A DNA stretch of 55,900 nt, the filler included, from Sphacelaria rigidula (Eukaryota), in NCBI GenBank assembly GCA_964200075.2. It is 6 parts of 6 records of this genome, joined end to end, with 100 filler letters (N's around TTAATTAATTAA, not from the genome) between each part and the next. Parts side by side here need not be neighbours in the genome. Positions count along the whole stretch, not along the records: positions 37,336 to 46,568 come from CAXNAA020008973.1; positions 46,669 to 55,900 come from CAXNAA020008974.1; 4 more parts are not named here. One strand, written 5' to 3'. The notes under the pieces were generated by a model. The model saw only the letters and a program-made list of their open reading frames with translations, was not told the origin of the DNA and made no database searches. Positions 37,336 through 48,800 of the stretch are shown here, one piece after another (the stretch's first letter is position 1; every line of letters starts with the position of its first letter). The position numbers and the translations under genes were made by a program.

Positions 37336-39080
37336 CTGGATTTGTGGGAAGGCAAGGTCAATGGTCTTATGACTATGGCATGCATGATCATGAGTACCCC
37401 CCCCCCCCCCCTCTGTCGCTTCGTCGTCCTTCGAAAAAATATGGTTGAATTGCCGTCGGGCGTCTGCGATAAAACTCCAACCCACCACATCATACCAACA
37501 TACATCCATAGCATGTAGAATTTTGTCGGTAGAGGTGGGCTGTCAACAATGTTATCCAGGGGGCGCTTTTCTCCTCGCATTGCAGAGCGTCAAATGTAAT
37601 TCTGTTCGTTTCTTGGGTGCTGGGACCTTTGCATTTTTTTCGTTATTCGTCAGTGTATTTCGCTCCTTTTCTGCTTTTCTGCTTTTTTTCTCCATCGCCT
37701 TCTGTCCGTCTGTCTTTCCCCTGCCCGAATCTCGTCTGTTTTCATCTTTGAGAGCCCCAGCGCGTGGATCTATCATATCTTTGTATCTTGTTGCCTTGAT
37801 TTCCTCTGCGATCGGAACACTGTCAATGCGCTGCCTCCAGTCGTTCCCGCCCTCAAGTCGGGCCATCTAGCTCGCTCACGTCACCTTGCGCAAGAAAAAC
37901 GATATTCGACAACAACAAAAATTGAGTAAACAATTCCACATCACTGCTCCAAACACCGAGCAAAGCAAAATGAAATCCCCGAACGAAGGTACAATCCCAC
38001 GAACGTTTCGCAGGTACTGAACCCCCAAAATGAGAAATAAATTCTATGACCGTTCCCAGTTCCATTTGTTAGAAAAATGAAGCGCCTCCGTGGTACATAC
38101 ACTACAAACAGAACCTCTACAAAAAGTGTAAGTTAATATGTACATCACGCCGTGTGCCTATTCCACCACACAACATCCATCCGCTTGACGGTACAACAGT
38201 CCTTCCATAGCCGCGAAAGCATCACAGCCAGGCACATGTTGAATTTCCAATTCAATCAAAACCCTGACGCTTCTCACGAAATATCAAATTGCTTCCCAAG
38301 GTTGTATTCTGTAGGGTGTATGCCGGCTGAAAATTCGGGTATTTACATGACCATCAAGAGGGGAATTTTATCTGCAAATACCCTTCCGAACCACACCAGA
38401 ATGTTCAATACACATTTCGGTATGGTTGAGTATCCCCAACCCCAATATACCCTCCTCCAGGGTATACCCTCTCTAGACACAATTCCAATTTGCCACACCC
38501 TGGATAATGACGGTATATTACATTGTCAGAAGTGTACTGCGTACAGTGTGAAATATATTGTCTATTGCAGTAGATGCAATAGTTGATACAATACGCAGTA
38601 CACTTTTTGACGATGTAATTTATTGTCACCAACTCGGGTGTGCAATTTTCACAAATCACTCGCTCGCTACACATGCTGCAGTACACAGTAGTGGGAAAAA
38701 ATATGGACACGAGTGCGAAGACCAACGCGCCAGCATAAGGCACGAAACACCTATTTTGAACAAGACCTGCACCACACGCGTACATTCTATCCCAAAACCG
38801 CTGCCCATAAGCGTCCGACCGAAGTTACAGGTAGCGGCCATAAAAAAGAAACGCGTTTCACAAATTTCTCTCCGCTCTGTACAACGACCGAATCTTCCCG
38901 CGTGTCCACGCTTGCGAGATGAACTACATACATGATACGCACGAAAAACGAGCGCATGTCCAGCGAAATCCGATTTATCCATCCCCGAAAAACAAATTAC
39001 ATTCCGATTTTTTTTTTGTCATATATTTCAAGGGAAAAAAAGAGGCAAAAACACCTTCTCCCCCCTCGACAGTCGCGGAA

Positions 39081-39311
39081 TCAACCCTCCAATATCTCCG
39101 GATTGGCCGCACTCAGTCTCTCCGACTCGTAGTTGGTGAAGAGCGAGTATTGGTACACCAGGTTAGGGATGGACGGCTTGAAAGCTCGAGGGGTCGCCCC
39201 CAAAAGCTCTTCCATGAAGTGCGCATTTTCTCCGATTGTGCTGCACAACACGCGTCTCGCGCCCTCCTTGCGTAGCAGCAGTTCCGTTGCAACCGCGTAT
39301 CTCTCCCATAC
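39081..39311 (-). CDS. EEF1AKMT1: EEF1AKMT1/N6AMT2/Efm5-family protein-lysine methyltransferase, terminal exon
   Basis: TAG acceptor. VWERYAVATELLL...VLCSTIGENA..MEELLGATPRAFKPSIPNLVYQYSLFTNYESERL...stop. Not shown in the ORF track. Confidence 0.88.
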   Translation of the reverse strand, partial: VWERYAVATELLLRKEGARRVLCSTIGENAHFMEELLGATPRAFKPSIPNLVYQYSLFTNYESERLSAANPEILEG

Positions 39312-40161
39312 CTAACACGAGGAGGACGGGTTTACGACGGGAGGGCGCTGTGCTGTAGATTTGATGGATTGGTTGTCGCGAACCCCTTTGGACCTCGCGA
39401 AAAACAGTACAAACTCCCATGTGCGAGCTTTCGTCACCGGGAAACGTCACTTCGAGTTCGGTGCACGAATCTGTCGCATTAGTATACTTGAACTTAGAGA
39501 GGTGCACCGTTTTTTTGTGCTGCATCATTACCAACACTTGTAGAAAAACAAGAGTCATATCTTGCCCAAGAAAACGTCAATTGCAAATCGTCATTTTCAC
39601 ATCAACGCTTCCAAAAGGGTTCAAGTAACCTCGTGGGAATCCAGCCGTGGTTCACGAGATGGGCGTACCCTAGTAAATAGTAACAACAACACTTGTGAAA
39701 GGAAGCTCGATAAGGGAGGAAGACACAAAATAGAGAGAGAGAGAGAACAAATAGGGTTAACGGAGAAGGCGAGAAACAGAACAAAAGATACGCACGCATA
39801 GGAAAGTACAGTAGTATCAAATGGACTCGTAAAGCTGGCATTGGTGGTCATGCTCCATATCTTCATGGAGGCTATCGGGGTACAGAGATCGATCCTAAAA
39901 AAGATACAGCACTGTCGGGGGCATAGAACCTATCCGTCACTCACGTGCCGTACGAATGGCTTCTCCGAATACGCCCCTCTACTGTACGACATAACAACTA
40001 CTAACGGACATTCAGGGTCATGTCACACAAGGGTACTCTTGTCTGGGTGCTATTGATTGTCGGGGCGACTTGCATGTGGGACCATATGAAAAAGGGCAAA
40101 TATTGAATGCACAAAATGGCCAGGCGTCCCCGCCCCTATACTCTACAAATATGTAGCTGAC

Positions 40162-40290
40162 CTCTTTGGTGATGAAGGGCGGGTCGACAACGACCATGTC
40201 AAATGTACCCCGGACATGATCCGGAATGTCTTCAGGCTTGCTGAAGTCGTACAAAACGAACCCAGGATCTTTCGCCCACTTTGTGTCCAG
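40162..40290 (-). CDS. EEF1AKMT1: EEF1AKMT1-like exon containing the DPPF motif
   Basis: AG/GT bounded, 129 bp, phase 0-0. LDTKWAKDPGFVLYDFSKPEDIPDHVRGTFDMVVVDPPFITKE. Confidence 0.9.
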
Positions 40291-41065
40291 CTAGGGATCG
40301 AGCCAACGAACACAGTTATGGGCAGGGAGAGGCAAGACACAGGGGTAGAGAAAGAAATTTTGTTGCTCTTGAGCATGATTTCAGACAATAACAAAGACGG
40401 ATCCCTAGTTTAGCACGTCAAGACATGACGCAGAGCAGTAGTGTCAGTACGTGGCCGGTCCAAACGTAAATTTGCGCCGTGTTCAAAGACAACACGACAA
40501 CTCACAATACTGCATCCCGACGAGCACTTTGTACAGCAGAATAAACCCTCAGTAAGAGGGGGGAAATAGTGCCTCGTGTGGTAATCGTCTCATTTTCGGA
40601 ACATTTTCCTGCTTGCTCGGACACAGAAGCCTTTTCCGCTGCCGTTCTGGAAGACAAATCCTAAAAAGCTGCGAAGCACACCGCGCAGGTCTGCGATCGG
40701 GCCTGGGAATATTTCACGTATTCCTTTTCTTGGTCGTATCCATAATCCCGCCTGCCTTCCTCGGAATTAGTCCTTAGTCTAACGGAATCAACCCATCTCT
40801 CCGTCGGTAACTGCCTTGCACGTCACTGTCGAGAAAAGGACCAACACTACCGCAGAAGTTCGTCGACATCTCATCAAATCATTTCACCATTTTTTGTTAT
40901 CTCGGGCCGTTGACACACAAAAACATATATATACCTCCGTCACTCCTCGTCGCGCCATCGGATCGGTACTGAGCTTGCCATTGTTCACGTTCGCTACTAC
41001 ATTATTATCCATAATATCCATCTTCCGCTGTTTTTCCGGGGGGGGGAGTGGGGGTGGTATCTCAC

Positions 41066-41169
41066 ATCGAACACCTTGCACTTGGACCGCAGCTCCTTGT
41101 CCAAGGAGAAGAATATACTGGGCGTGGACAAAAACGCCGTCCCTTCAGAGCCGTACTCCGACACCTCGG
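41066..41169 (-). CDS. EEF1AKMT1: EEF1AKMT1-like exon
   Basis: CAG acceptor, GTGAG donor, 104 bp, phase 1-0. AEVSEYGSEGTAFLSTPSIFFSLDKELRSKCKVFD. Confidence 0.88.
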
Positions 41170-41871
41170 CTGCGCAACAACGATGGAAACGTCACGCAGG
41201 GGATGTGGAAATGGAAGTAAATTGGGCGCGGGGGGGGGGAAAGCGGGGGGTGTACTCATGATCTTGCCTGCCGAAGTTATAGGACCATTCACTTCGCATG
41301 CCTACAAAGCCGGGACGGAGCACGCCGGATTTTCGCCGTAGGGCGGGGGGGGGTACTCATTCATTGCTCACATTACTCATTTGACCGCTGACCACGCATC
41401 CCTTTCGAGATGGGCTGGGAGGGGAGACTGTACTCATGATCTTACATGCCGTGGTCATAAAACATCTGACCTTGTATCCCTACAAATTCGGGACTGAGCA
41501 CCCCGGCTTTTCGCCGGACCAGGCTCGAAAGGGGGGCGGGGGCGGGGGCGGGGGCAGGGGGGGGGGACGCAGGGAACATTTCATCACAGTTACAGGGAGT
41601 GTATTCATGTCTTGCAACCCTTGCTTGCGATGTACCGCAATATAAAACTTGTCAAGTGTGCTTGGGAGGATGGAGAACAGAGAATTGTTCTTATCGGAAC
41701 CGACAATTGATGGCCGGTCACCCCTTTCTACTTTTGACCAGCAAATATATGGCTCAAAATGCTTGGGCCTCCCGCACAAGAGTTACAGTACACGCATGTA
41801 TGTGAAGCTCGGGGGGTACAGCACCCGGTTTCACTCTGCGAAGTCTTGTACAGGTCGTAAATTAGCGGAGT

Positions 41872-42648
41872 CAAGTCTTTCTACGATAGCCCCCGCCAAA
41901 AAAACAGCCAAAAACTGTCACGAAGAAAATGGTCATACAGCGGCTGATGTTTGGTTTCAGGCTGCATGAGGCGCCTCATATGGGCGACATTGGCGAAGAT
42001 GAACCCAAGCGTGGGAATTCCCAGCTGCTCGTTGTGCTCGGCTTTCTTCATTTCGATTTACGTGTAGATTGTGTCTCGCCAAACAAGCCACTTTTTTGGG
42101 GGGGGGAGGGGGGTGCTAATAATCTTGCATGTCATAGTCATATGACCATTGACCTCGCATCCCTACAAAGCCGGGACGGAGCACGCCGAGTTTTCGTCGG
42201 ACCAGGCTCGCAATCACCAAGTGCACCCTGCTAAAATTGTTCGGCCCGAAGCCTTTTGATTATCTTGCATTTGGACTACAGCCTCCAATGAGTTGCTTCA
42301 TTTTCTGGTATCGCCACCTCCAGAGACAGACACGGCTTATGCACTGCCTCATGGGTGTCTCAACATTAAAACACTACGTAGTACGATCATCCCATTCCGC
42401 GGAGTTGAGGTTCTCCGACCCCGCACAACATGATGTAGCTCGACTACCATCATGGTTACCGCAAAAAAAAACGCAGCGAGGAGAAAAGGAAACGCTACAC
42501 TGGTTGCCTAGCTTACGCAGTGAGTGGCGTGTTTGACAGCGTCATCGCCAACCGACGCCAGCCCCATAGGGGGTCCGCCCCTACAAAGCCGGGACGGAGC
42601 ACGCTGGAGCCACTTTTTTGGGGGGGAGGGATTATCGTAGAATGTGTC
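41872..42648. mobile_element. Intronic MITE of the 22553 family carrying extra internal repeats
   Basis: CTTTCTACGATAGCCCCC ... GGGATTATCGTAGAATGTGTC. Internal block is the reverse complement of 22630-22745. Confidence 0.65.
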
Positions 42649-43004
42649 GGTCACAACCCGACAACGGGCCTGTCCGGCATTTTTCGCGGGACTGGAGATA
42701 GTTCGTTTTCCGGCTTCCTTGTCAGTTCGCGACGTATTCCTCCCCCCCCCCCTCCTTTGTCACTTCACGTCCCTGCTCGAGATTGCTTCACCGAGTGTTG
42801 CCGCTTATCCATTCCGAGTATGTCTGTCTCGCGGTCATGGTTGGATCATGACTCGTAGGGGATCAATGAATGCGCATCAATCGATCAATCAAAGCACCAA
42901 AGGGACGGCAGCCTACAGTGAACTGCAGTGCAGTCTGTGTAAACCGTACAGTTCACGGCACGCAGTGGCATCGACACAAGAACAAGCGATAAACAACCAC
43001 CACC

Positions 43005-43591
43005 GAGTAACGCCTCCTCCAAAACCAGCTCCGACTCTGGCACGAAGAAAATGACCATACAGCACATGAACTCTGGTTTCAGACTGCATGAAGCCCCTCA
43101 TATGGGGAGGTGTGTTCACCACTTGATCGATGACGAAATTTCTCGGAAACATCTTTTTCAAATAACGCTACCGCTAACCCTAATCCTAACCCTAACCCGA
43201 GGTATACCGAGAACCCTCCGGCGAGGTGAGTGTGAAGCGTTCCCTGGGGCAAATTGTGGCGTTGGCAGACCTCAAAACGGCGCCGCAGGCGCGGATTTTG
43301 ACGAAAACGCCTTCTGCGCACTCGAGGGGCAGTTGGGGCTGTCAGCCCCGCTGAAGATCCGAATATCGATGTTTACACTCAAATCGAGTGATAAAATTCC
43401 GGGAAGGTTCTAATCGACCAAGTGGTGAACGCTGGTGCATATGGGCGACATTGGCGAAAACGATCCCAACCAAGCGTGGGAGTTCCAAGCTGCTCAATGT
43501 GCTCGGCTGTGGTCATCTTGATTCGCATATGGATATTGGCTCCTCAAACTAGCCACTATCCTCGTGGGGAGGGGCTATCGCGGCATCACTC
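43005..43591. mobile_element. Intronic MITE (GAG...CTC termini) interrupted by a nested element
   Basis: The family internal sequence GCATGAAGCCCCTCATATGGG|CGACATTGGCGAA is split at 43107-43437. Confidence 0.7.
43107..43437. mobile_element. hAT-type non-autonomous element with 8-bp TSD and telomere-like repeats
   Basis: TSD CATATGGG at 43099-43106 and 43438-43445. TIR GTTCACCACTTGATCGAT / ATCGACCAAGTGGTGAAC. (CTAACC)n at 43174-43198. Confidence 0.8.
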
Positions 43592-43674
43592 TGTCGTACA
43601 GTTCAAAGCCTTGAGCCTTGCGTAACCAGTCGACCGCTCACGAACTCACACGTTTGTCATCATGTCGCACCCAC

Positions 43675-43729
43675 CTGCCATAGCTTCGATGGTGGCTGGC
43701 GAGTACCAGTACTGGTTGAGGTTCCCGTC
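43675..43729 (-). CDS. EEF1AKMT1: EEF1AKMT1-like 55-bp exon
   Basis: CACAG acceptor, GTGGG donor, phase 0-1. DGNLNQYWYSPATIEAMA carries the family L.Q.WYS motif. The first exon was not identified. Confidence 0.88.
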
Positions 43730-46085
43730 CTGTGATACACACAGCGAGAGCGTTGGGCAACGACTTATTTAAGTGAAGGTATGGATGAGATGTTTTTCTC
43801 TTAGCTGCCCCAACGGCAGCGGGAAGGTCAGCATACAAAATGTGGCATGTTCATAGGTGCGGGGGCTCAGCAGTTTCAGCAAAGAGTAGCGCAAATGCTA
43901 CCGAAATATTTTTTTCTCTCGTCAGCGCCGGAGGCTCTCTCTGGGCCTGGTTTCCGAGGCGTTGCAGCACAGCAGGGCACGGCACGGCACGGCACGACAC
44001 AACACAGTGTGATGCCGTTGGTGACTACAGCTTGGTTCCGGCTGGCTGTTGTTCTTCAGTATCCACATACAGTGTGGTATGCAGAACTGTGCAGGTGTTT
44101 TTTGCACTCGCATAAAGATCGCACTGGCGTGTGGCCAAAGATGGAGAAAATGTGCGGCTGGGGACGCAAGGTTGTGCGATGACCGGAGGACCACTTCGAG
44201 ATGCACCGGAGGGGGGAAAGACCAAGCACATGCGTCCACAGGTACTGGACCGCGTCGTGTGTGAGCGTCGGAAATTCGGGACCTGCTTCCCGCCTCGTTT
44301 CTCAGTCAGCAGCGGTCGATAGTCAACGAGCGGGGGTACACGTGAGCGGTGCGATTGCGTGCAGAGTTCTCGTATCGACTTCGTCAATATTTAAAAGTCA
44401 CCCGCGATAGATCCTGTCGTATGGATAAAGCGGCACATGATCAGTATCACGTCGATGGGGGTGGTCAGGGTAGTGTTTGGCTTCGCCTCTCCAGCATTCT
44501 TGAAGGGTTGGCGTCGGTTGGCAACGACGCTGTAAAACACGCAACTCACGGCGTTAGCTAGGCAACCAGGTTACCATCATTTTTTTCCCTTGCGTGTTTT
44601 GCGATAACCGTGATGATGGTCGAGTTGGATCATATTGTCAGGGGTGGAGAATCTCGTTTCCGCGCAAAGGGGATGATCGTACTACGTAGTAATTAAATGG
44701 TGAGACACCCATGAGGTAGTGTTCCCCGCAGCTGTCTCTGGAAGTGGTGATACCAGAAAATGAAGCAACTCACTCGAGTCTACCATCCATGTGCAAGATA
44801 ATCGGCACGCTTCGAGCCGAATAATCTTAGTAGGGTGCAGCTCATCCTTCATGTAACTCGTCGAATACACCATGGCGCTTCGCGCTTGATGATTGATTGC
44901 GAGCCTGGTCCGGCGAAAAACCGACGTGCTCCGTGCCGGCTTTGTAGGGATGCGAGGTCAATAGCCATATGACTACTACGCCATGCAAGATCATGACTAC
45001 ACCCCCTATCGGAACACTCTCTTGTTGTCCGGTTCAATTTTTTTCCTGCGTCAAAACTTCGCATTACTTGCGGGGATACGAGCGTTCATTCCGCGACAGA
45101 ATGTGTCTCGACTATGGGTGCCCTCTCTATATCTCGGTACCACGAGGCACCGAAGCGGCAGTGAAAGTATAGCTCCATTTACAGGTTGTGTTTGTTGGTT
45201 GACACTGTGGAGAGTGCGTGACGCTAGTGCTCAGTGCTGACGATGGCAGGTACACGCTCAAGAGAGACTGCAGCGCGAGTGTAAACTACTGACTGTTTCG
45301 TACACATCGGTGCCGACTGGCGTGCGTTGTGCTATAATAGTGTGCGTGTACAAGAAAAAAATGAACGAAGTGATCATCGATTCGTACCGTTCCAGAATCT
45401 TCCACACGTGCGAGGGCTTCAAATCCCGCATTTTTTGGCTCAAGTATTGGATACCAAGATGGGGAAAATGATCAACCATACTCTTATGAAAATAATAGCA
45501 CCTGAAATTCGCCAATGTAGAGGTGGTCAGGTCCGAAAACGTCAAGTAGACGTCTCAAACAAGGGGCGTGCAGTCCCCAGAAGCCTGGTGATACTGTAGC
45601 TACGTACGAAAAGAGGCCAAGACCGCCTGCTCACCCGCTAGCTAGATTTGTTGGCGGGAAAAGGGGGTTTGCAAGCAAGTAGCTGCACTCCTGCCGGTTT
45701 AGCTTCGATATTGCCCCTTTCTTTTGCAGATACCCACGTGGTGGGTGTGACTCCGATTCAATTAATGTCGCACAACAAATGCCGTCGTCGAAGCTCTGCG
45801 TCCTCACCTTCTCGTCCCCGCGGGCTGTCAGGTCATCCAGCGTCATGTTGACTACCCCCAGGGAACCAAGTGCGTTTCACAGATTTCGAGCATACTGTCG
45901 AGGTAGTAGCGATCGGCATCTGACAGTCCGCCGTGTCCCCCGCATAACCCGGTGAGTCTTAGCACTGCATCAGCTGCCGACCGCACCGTGTCAAGGTCCA
46001 GCTTTATTTTCGACAAACAGGGCGAACTGGACAAAAAACAGCTGGACCTGTTGACACGGTATAAGACACGCCCTTAGGCCCTGTC

Positions 46086-46256
46086 TTAGCACATGAGTGT
46101 TCGATCGAAAAAGTGCGGTGGAACACAAAAATCCTGATCTGATAGTTTGTAATTTCAACCACCGTCGTTTATTTTGAAGATGGTTGAAATCATGACCTAT
46201 CAGATCAGGATTTTTGTTTTCCACCGCACTTTTTCGATCGAAAACTCATGTGCTAA
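46086..46256. mobile_element. Near-perfect 171-bp fold-back (Stowaway-like, TA-flanked)
   Basis: TTAGCACATGAGTGTTCGATCGAAAAAGTGCGGTGGAA... is inverted at ...TTCCACCGCACTTTTTCGATCGAAAACTCATGTGCTAA. Confidence 0.85.
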
Positions 46257-46416
46257 AGCCAACTCTAATGGGAGCCGTTCAAAATTCCAGTCGAAAACTG
46301 GCTTTTGGGCCCTTCTCCGTCGATTTACGCTCGAAAAGAGGGCAAGGCAGATGTTGGCGCCTTGGAATGACTTGCTCCACCCGTTGAGGCCGTTCTAGGG
46401 CAGCTCTGCATTTCCC

Positions 46417-46568
46417 GCTGGCCGCACTTTCGTTTTTGACCAAATCAGGCCGAACACGAATTTTCAGTAAAAAACGGTCAGGTGTTCTAAATTCCCCCCT
46501 GATTTTTGATCGCTTGACCGTTTTTTGTTGAAAATCCGTGTTCGGCCAAAAATGAAAGTGCGGCCAGC
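46417..46568. mobile_element. Fold-back MITE at the contig end
   Basis: GCTGGCCGCACTTTCGTTTTTG...CAAAAATGAAAGTGCGGCCAGC. Confidence 0.75.
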
Positions 46569-46668
46569 NNNNNNNNNNNNNNNNNNNNNNNNNNNNNNNN
46601 NNNNNNNNNNNNTTAATTAATTAANNNNNNNNNNNNNNNNNNNNNNNNNNNNNNNNNNNNNNNNNNNN
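46569..46668. other. Artificial contig linker
   Basis: N44-TTAATTAATTAA-N44. Confidence 0.99.
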
Positions 46669-47059
46669 GCAGAATTCATTACGGTAGCTCCTGTTGTCTT
46701 TCCACAGCCCACCTGGATTTTGTGCCTCGTGAAAATGACCACATGGTAGCATGTACACTCCTTCCCGTTTTTTTCCGGTCGACCCTGTGTAAGTATAATG
46801 AGTACGTTTTAGTATGAAATTGTGACCCAAAAAAACCACCGGAAAACTCGGGAACGCTGTACTGAGTGCAAGTAATATCATATAACCAAGTTCTGACCGC
46901 CCTGCACTTAGCAACCTGGGATGGCTTATCTGGGCCAGGGATAGGGCCCCCACACGATCCTTGCAGTTGCATCACACTCGCCAACAGTCCCCGCGCTGGT
47001 CGTTCGGGTTTGGTCGATAAATTTCGCCTCGCCGTGATTGAGCAGGTCGCTCGAAGACA

Positions 47060-48800
47060 TCTTTCTAATTATTTCACTAACACAGGGTCAACCCTGTGTT
47101 GGTGGGGGGTCGGTCCCAAAAGGGTTAAGGGGGGTAAACGGCACCAAGTGACATTGCCGGTGGTGATGACATATTTACCCTTCGTCTGCATTCTCATGGA
47201 GTCACGAGGGTAGTTGTAGCCAGATCCTGAATGAAAACACTTGTGTGCTTTGGGCATGCACTACGCACTCCTCTTGTACTCAACGTATCTTGGCTTGAAG
47301 AAAGGAAAAGCTTGACCTGGGGTACTTGACCACTGTATAGTTCATCAGGAGACCTCTTACCAGGGTTAGCCGTGGAAGCAGGGCGATTTAACGCGTCTAC
47401 TGCCCAACGATACAATTCAGCCCACATTCTTGCCGGGGGATCAACATCGTACAGTACCTTCGCCTGAATTCGTGCAGCCATAGCGGCCTTATCAACCATT
47501 GCTATCGCACGCTTAGCCACACTGTTATACTCAGGACTGTCTGCTGGGGTGTACTCCTGTCGAATACCGCGTGTCCTACACAGGTCGCTGAAAGACTCAG
47601 CAAACTCTCCACGGGCACCCGACCTCACAGTTTTTACCACCGAGGGAATGCACTTTGCACCTACATCTGCGAGGTTCTGCTCGAATGCTCTCGTAGTGCC
47701 AGACTTGTGTTTATCGAAATATGTCCAGATTTTCCGCGAAAAATCATTCCGAATGAAAAAATAATACCTCATAACACCAGTATTCTGAACTAACTTTGGT
47801 CCGGACGCATCCATAAACACTCGTTCCAACAAATTTTCTGCTCTAGTGTTCGTTGAAGTCGTAATGGGCTTTCGCAGCCCCTTGACCATGGAGCACCCCT
47901 TGCACTCCTCCAACTTTCCCACCAAAGCCACCCGCTGCTGTTTCGCGGTTTCCCGCACCCAGCCATCATGCGTGTGGCCATGAGACTGATGAAACGGATT
48001 GATGTCCACCTGATCGAGGTTGATTCGCATCTTTCCGGGGGCGAGAACGGCATTGGCACACTCATCGTGGTCAACTTCACGATCCGTCGAGGTGGTTGAT
48101 GATGAAAATCGACTGAAAACCATGATATGATTCCTCCCCTCCTTGAAAAACAATTCCCTTTCATCAGGCAAAGTAATCACAGTCCCTCTCTTCGTTACAC
48201 TAATCGGTAAATCATGTTCCACGGCCACACTCTGCAGGGGAAACAAATTTACGTCTAACTCCGGGACATGCGTCACCCTGTGGATACTGAAACTTAGTTG
48301 ATCATCGTCACCAAACGTTGACACCACCAGTTTGCCAAAACATGCTATCGGTACTTTTATGGCTGTTTGCAGCAGTGACCGATACACCCATGCAAGGCTC
48401 GTAATCATGCCTTCTCTCCTTCGATTGAGTCATGTGGCATGACGCTACGCTATCCGCTATCCAAACCTCCTTGCCCCGTAATCTAGAATTGGGCGGTCAT
48501 CTTGTACACTTTCTGCTGCGGACGCGTGTTCACCAGCCCTCATCTCCGTTGCAACGTATCCAACATCTGCGGAATCCTTGAAATTATCCGATGTATACAT
48601 CTCGACCATCTTATGAAACCTCTTGGAGTATTCCTTACCTCCACATTTCTCAAAAATGCGTTCAGGTCATTCCGATTGAAATAACCAGTCTTACGACACT
48701 CGAAACACCTTAGGTTTCTTGTGCGGAAACGTCCCGCCCGCTCCTACATTTTTACTTCCTTGCTGCTCGCTTTCTGTACCATTCATGGTAAAAGCCTATC
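47060..48800 (-). mobile_element. Decayed Ty1/Copia fragment (gag knuckle, protease, integrase; no RT visible)
   Basis: RCFECRKTG near 48700; protease EVWIADSVASCHMT near 48430-48470; HHCC finger HQSHGH...CKGC; LERVFMDASGP..RNDFSR..EYTPADSPEYNSVAKR..WAE; PKAHKCF...VITTGNVTW. Confidence 0.9.

Noticed and set aside
37552-37866. Lys/Glu-rich 104-aa ORF
   Set aside because: Low complexity, no recognisable motif, and no consistent splice structure.
40162-40290. DNA N6-adenine methyltransferase or restriction-modification gene (DPPF motif)
   Set aside because: The spliced context matches the eEF1A protein-lysine methyltransferase family.
44485-44541. Possible first exon of the methyltransferase (..PFKNAGE)
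   Set aside because: It would need a weak GC donor, and it overlaps a dispersed repeat terminus also seen near 42537 and 9225.
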